From: Candidatus Omnitrophota bacterium
GTDB lineage: Bacteria > Omnitrophota > Gorgyraeia > Gygaellales > Profunditerraquicolaceae
NCBI GenBank assembly: GCA_003598025.1
Contig: QZKH01000003.1
Span: forward strand, 439,221-503,220
DNA: 64,000 nucleotides
Direction of reading: 5' to 3'
The position numbers were made by a program, and so were the translations under genes. Under the pieces are notes generated by a model that saw only the letters and a list, made by a program, of their open reading frames with translations, was not told where the DNA came from and searched no databases. Below are positions 60,478-64,000 of the stretch, in pieces (the stretch's first letter is position 1; the number at the start of each line of letters is the position of its first letter).

Positions 60478-63400
60478 TCATACAACTGTTTCTTTTACCC
60501 TCGCCTGTTTCAATGATTCGTGATACTCCTGTAAGGATTGCGGCTTAGAGGACATTTTCCTAACCGATTCAATACCGTCTACTGTTGCCCTGGCTGCAGA
60601 CATTGTAGTTACATAAGGTATCTTATACTGGATAGCAAGCATACGTATATAGCTGTCATCGTAAACACTCATTCGACCTGCAGGGGTATTGACGATAAGG
60701 TTAATCTCTTTATTTTTTACCGCATCTGCTATATTCGGCCGGCCTTCATGAAGCTTCTTGATTAATACAGATTCCAGGCCCTTACTCATGAGGAAATTGT
60801 GGGTATTTTCTGTTGCCAGTAACCTGAATCCCATATTAGATAATTTACCGGCGATAAGCAGAAGCTCATCCTTATCTTTATCATTAACCGTCACCAAAAC
60901 ATTGCCTTCTGTAGGAAGCCTTGTCCCTGCTGATTCCTGGGCTTTAAAGAAAGCCATGCCAAAATCCTTGTCAATACCCATAACTTCTCCTGTCGCGCGC
61001 ATCTCCGGCCCCAACACGGGATCGACCTCAGGAAACATATTGAAAGGAAACACTGCTTCCTTAACTGTAACATAGGGCAAAGCTTTTTGCGCAAGCTCAG
61101 GGAAATCACTTATTTTCTTGCCCATCATCAGAAGCGTAGCAATACGTGCAAGCGGAATACCTGTGGTCTTGGCTACAAAAGGGACAGTCCTTGACGCCCG
61201 GGGATTAGCCTCCAGGATATAAACTTCATCTTCACAGATAGCAAATTGGATATTTATAAAACCTACGACCTTAAGCTCGCGGGCAATTTTGCTGGTCCAT
61301 TCTTCGATTGTTTTTAAATGCCTGGCTTTTAAAGTACGGGAAGGTATAGTGCAGGCGGAATCTCCTGAATGTATACCAGCGTGTTCAATATGCTCCATTA
61401 CCGCCGCTACAAATGTCTGCTCCCCGTCACAAAGGGCATCTACCTCGCACTCTGTAGCATTAGCAAGAAAACGGTCGATAAGCATTGGGTACTCCGGGCT
61501 TACCTGGATAGCTTCCTTGGCATATTTAGCCAGCATCTTTTCGTCATAGATTATCTCCATCCCCCTGCCGCCCAAAACAAAAGATGGCCTCACCATCACC
61601 GGATAGCCAATTTTACCTGCAATGGCTATAGCTTCATCCAAAGAAAAGGCTGTTGCTCCTTCTGTCTGGCGGATCTTTAACTCAATCATCTTCTGCCTGA
61701 ATAATTCCCTGTCTTCAGCGAAAGAGATGCTTTTTGTGCTGGTACCTAATATTTTCACTCCGCATTGCTCAAGTTCGCCGGCGATATTAAGGGGCGTCTG
61801 TCCGCCAAATTGCACAATAGCCCCGAGCGGCTTTTCTTTTTCCCATATAGTCAGGACATCCTCAACTGTCAAAGGTTCAAAATACAGTTTATTGGAAGTA
61901 TCGTAATCGGTTGATACTGTTTCGGGATTACAATTAATCATAATCGATTCATAGCCTTCATCGCGCAGGGCAAAAGCTGCATGAACGCATGTATAATCAA
62001 ATTCGATACCCTGGCCTATGCGGTTAGGCCCGCCGCCCAGAATAAGCACCTTCTTCTTATCAGAAACAGGCACAAGGTCCTTACCGGAAGAATAAGTAGA
62101 ATAATAATAAGCGGCATCTTTTACGCCGCTAACAGGCACAGCCTCGAAACGGGCGTTCCCTACAACTTTTTTCCTGCGTTTACGGACGTCGGCTTCTTTG
62201 ATATTGAAAATCTTCGCAAGATATTTATCGCTAAACCCCCACTCTTTAGCTTTTTTTAACTCTTTATCGCTTAAACCTTTCCAGCCCGCGTCAAGCATAT
62301 CCTGCTCAAAATCTACCATTTCTTTCATCTCTTGTATAAACCATTTTCCTATATGAGTTATTTTGTTCAGCTCAACCACGCCTATGCCTTTACGCAAGGC
62401 TTCATACATCAGAAAAACCCTCTCACTGGAAGGAAAAGCCAGCTTGAGCTTCAAGTCTTCCAAAGACAAAGTGTTGAAATCTTTAGCAAATCCCAAACCA
62501 TACCTGTTTGTCTCAAGGGAACGTATTGATTTACCGAACCCCTCCTTGAATGATTTAGCGATACTCATCACTTCGCCAACTGCCTTCATCTGGGTACCAA
62601 GTATATCTTTTGCCTGGCGGAATTTCTCAAAAGCCCAACGCGCAAATTTTATAACAACATAATCCCCCCAAGGTTCGTAATTATCCAATGTCCCTTTTCT
62701 CCAGTACGGCATTTCATTAAGGTTAAGCCCCGAAGCCAGTTTAGCTGAAATGCGGGCAATAGGAAACCCTGTTGCCTTGGAAGCAAGCGCAGATGAACGC
62801 GAAGTACGCGGATTAATCTCTATTACCACCAGTCGGTCGTCCTTCGGATTATGGGCAAATTGAATGTTCGTGCCGCCGACTACCCCAATTGCGTCAACTA
62901 TTTTATATGAAAGTTCCTGCATTTTCTTCTGTAAAGACTGCGGGACAGTGAGCATCGGCGCTACGCAAAAGCTGTCTCCGGTATGAACCCCCATTGCGTC
63001 AATATTTTCGATGAAACAAACCGTAATCTTTTTGTTTTGCTCATCACGGACCACTTCCAATTCCAGCTCTTCCCAGCCGATAACCGCTTCCTCTATTAAA
63101 ACCTGATGGATGAGGCTTGCGTTTATCCCGCGGTTAACCAATACTACCAGGTCCTCGTTATTATAAGCGATTCCGCCGCCGGTCCCTCCAAGCGTATAGG
63201 CCGGGCGCACAACAACCGGATACCCAAGCTCCTGAGAAATCTTTAATGCCTCTTCTTCGGAATGGCATATCTTTGAGCGCGGTACGGGTATATCAAGTTT
63301 TTTCATTGTATCTTTGAATACCTCACGATCTTCACCGCGTTCAATCGCGTCCGCCTTAACTCCGATGATTTTAACTTTAAATTTATCAAGCACACCTGAT

Positions 63401-63711
63401 TTATGCAAAGCGGATGCCAGGTTTAAACCCGTCTGTCCACCCAAATTCGGCAATAATGCATCCGGCCGCTCTCTTTCAATAATATTACTGACACTTTCTA
63501 CGGTAAGAGGTTCAATATAAGTCCTGTCAGCCATACCCGGGTCAGTCATGATGGTGGCGGGGTTTGAATTAACTAATACAATCTCGTAGCCTTCCTCGCG
63601 CAGAGCCTTGCAAGCCTGTGTACCGGAATAATCAAATTCACACGCCTGTCCTATTATAATAGGTCCCGAGCCTATTATTAAAACCTTCTTTATGTCTTTT
63701 CTTCTTGGCAT
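60478..63711 (-). CDS. carB: carbamoyl-phosphate synthase large subunit
   Basis: 1077 aa, duplicated ATP-grasp halves, KVLIIGSGPIIIGQACEFDYSG N-terminus, and a C-terminal MGS-like domain. Confidence 0.95.
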   Translation of the reverse strand: MPRRKDIKKVLIIGSGPIIIGQACEFDYSGTQACKALREEGYEIVLVNSNPATIMTDPGMADRTYIEPLTVESVSNIIERERPDALLPNLGGQTGLNLASALHKSGVLDKFKVKIIGVKADAIERGEDREVFKDTMKKLDIPVPRSKICHSEEEALKISQELGYPVVVRPAYTLGGTGGGIAYNNEDLVVLVNRGINASLIHQVLIEEAVIGWEELELEVVRDEQNKKITVCFIENIDAMGVHTGDSFCVAPMLTVPQSLQKKMQELSYKIVDAIGVVGGTNIQFAHNPKDDRLVVIEINPRTSRSSALASKATGFPIARISAKLASGLNLNEMPYWRKGTLDNYEPWGDYVVIKFARWAFEKFRQAKDILGTQMKAVGEVMSIAKSFKEGFGKSIRSLETNRYGLGFAKDFNTLSLEDLKLKLAFPSSERVFLMYEALRKGIGVVELNKITHIGKWFIQEMKEMVDFEQDMLDAGWKGLSDKELKKAKEWGFSDKYLAKIFNIKEADVRKRRKKVVGNARFEAVPVSGVKDAAYYYSTYSSGKDLVPVSDKKKVLILGGGPNRIGQGIEFDYTCVHAAFALRDEGYESIMINCNPETVSTDYDTSNKLYFEPLTVEDVLTIWEKEKPLGAIVQFGGQTPLNIAGELEQCGVKILGTSTKSISFAEDRELFRQKMIELKIRQTEGATAFSLDEAIAIAGKIGYPVMVRPSFVLGGRGMEIIYDEKMLAKYAKEAIQVSPEYPMLIDRFLANATECEVDALCDGEQTFVAAVMEHIEHAGIHSGDSACTIPSRTLKARHLKTIEEWTSKIARELKVVGFINIQFAICEDEVYILEANPRASRTVPFVAKTTGIPLARIATLLMMGKKISDFPELAQKALPYVTVKEAVFPFNMFPEVDPVLGPEMRATGEVMGIDKDFGMAFFKAQESAGTRLPTEGNVLVTVNDKDKDELLLIAGKLSNMGFRLLATENTHNFLMSKGLESVLIKKLHEGRPNIADAVKNKEINLIVNTPAGRMSVYDDSYIRMLAIQYKIPYVTTMSAARATVDGIESVRKMSSKPQSLQEYHESLKQARVKETVV

Positions 63712-63757
63712 ATCTTAATCCTCCTAAAAAGATGATTAAAAATTAGGCAGAGCACAT

Positions 63758-63797
63758 TAAAAAAAAGGCAATTCTTAATTTAATAAGAATTGCCTTG
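63758..63797 (-). terminator. rho-independent terminator of a minus-strand gene beyond the window end
   Basis: In minus sense: AAGGCAATTCTTATTAAATTAAGAATTGCCTT followed by TTTTTTTT. Confidence 0.6.
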
Positions 63798-64000
63798 AAA
63801 TCCTGAATGTGCCGGTAAAAACATAAGCTGTGCCCTTTAAACTTGTCCTGATTCTTTTTACTATTGTATTAGGCAAAATTACGGGAGTCAAGACTAATTT
63901 ATGCTGCCCGAAAAACTGGCTATTGGCTCTTGCCTCTTATTTTTATTCCCCGCGCACGCAGCTCATCAGTCTTTCGCTTAGAACACTCCATACACAGGAA

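Overview
The window is low-GC, gene-dense bacterial DNA with about 60 predicted genes. All except one (a GGDEF diguanylate cyclase at 11114..13054) are on the minus strand. I cannot place the lineage from the sequence alone.

Most of the window is core metabolism and transport:
- purC, GTP-dependent PEP carboxykinase, trxB, lipA, def, panD
- an acetate-kinase-family gene, a short phosphotransacetylase and a free-standing Pta N-domain protein
- trxA, transaldolase, pgi, purU, carB
- a membrane pyrophosphatase (hppA)
- a cbiMNQO-type cobalt/nickel ECF transporter
- a copper P-type ATPase with a DUF318 permease
- an NhaP2-type antiporter
- two cold-shock proteins
- crcB/DUF190 behind a clear fluoride riboswitch

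The regions that look accessory or unusual are:
1. 1..3930. A partial radC-like gene, then a tightly coupled four-gene minus-strand operon (AbiEi antitoxin, AbiEii nucleotidyltransferase toxin, compact calcineurin-like phosphoesterase, 169-aa protein with an Rx4H HEPN-like motif), then a GC-rich non-coding island of TGGACA/TGTCCA palindromes and repeats. I read this as a candidate extended defence / toxin-antitoxin cassette.
2. 10304..11035. An IS200-like REP-associated tyrosine transposase flanked by inverted copies of a 13-bp GGGGACGTTCCCC palindrome.
3. 33985..39483. A five-gene module: BNR-repeat exported protein, DUF2007, a CHAT caspase-like protease with an inverted CHAT-TM-TPR layout, a zf-HC2 anti-sigma factor and an ECF sigma factor. 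Two inverted copies of a mosaic GC-rich palindromic repeat bracket it exactly. This is the most interesting candidate for an undescribed regulated-proteolysis or signalling system.
4. A GT2 processive glycosyltransferase paired with a PEGA-domain protein.
5. A cluster of GDYXXLXY / DUF2157-like and other unknown membrane proteins.
6. Small Cys-rich ORFs translationally coupled to lipA and to the DUF318 permease. The ORF track missed the second one.

All function calls come from motifs I recognised in the translations. No database search was run.
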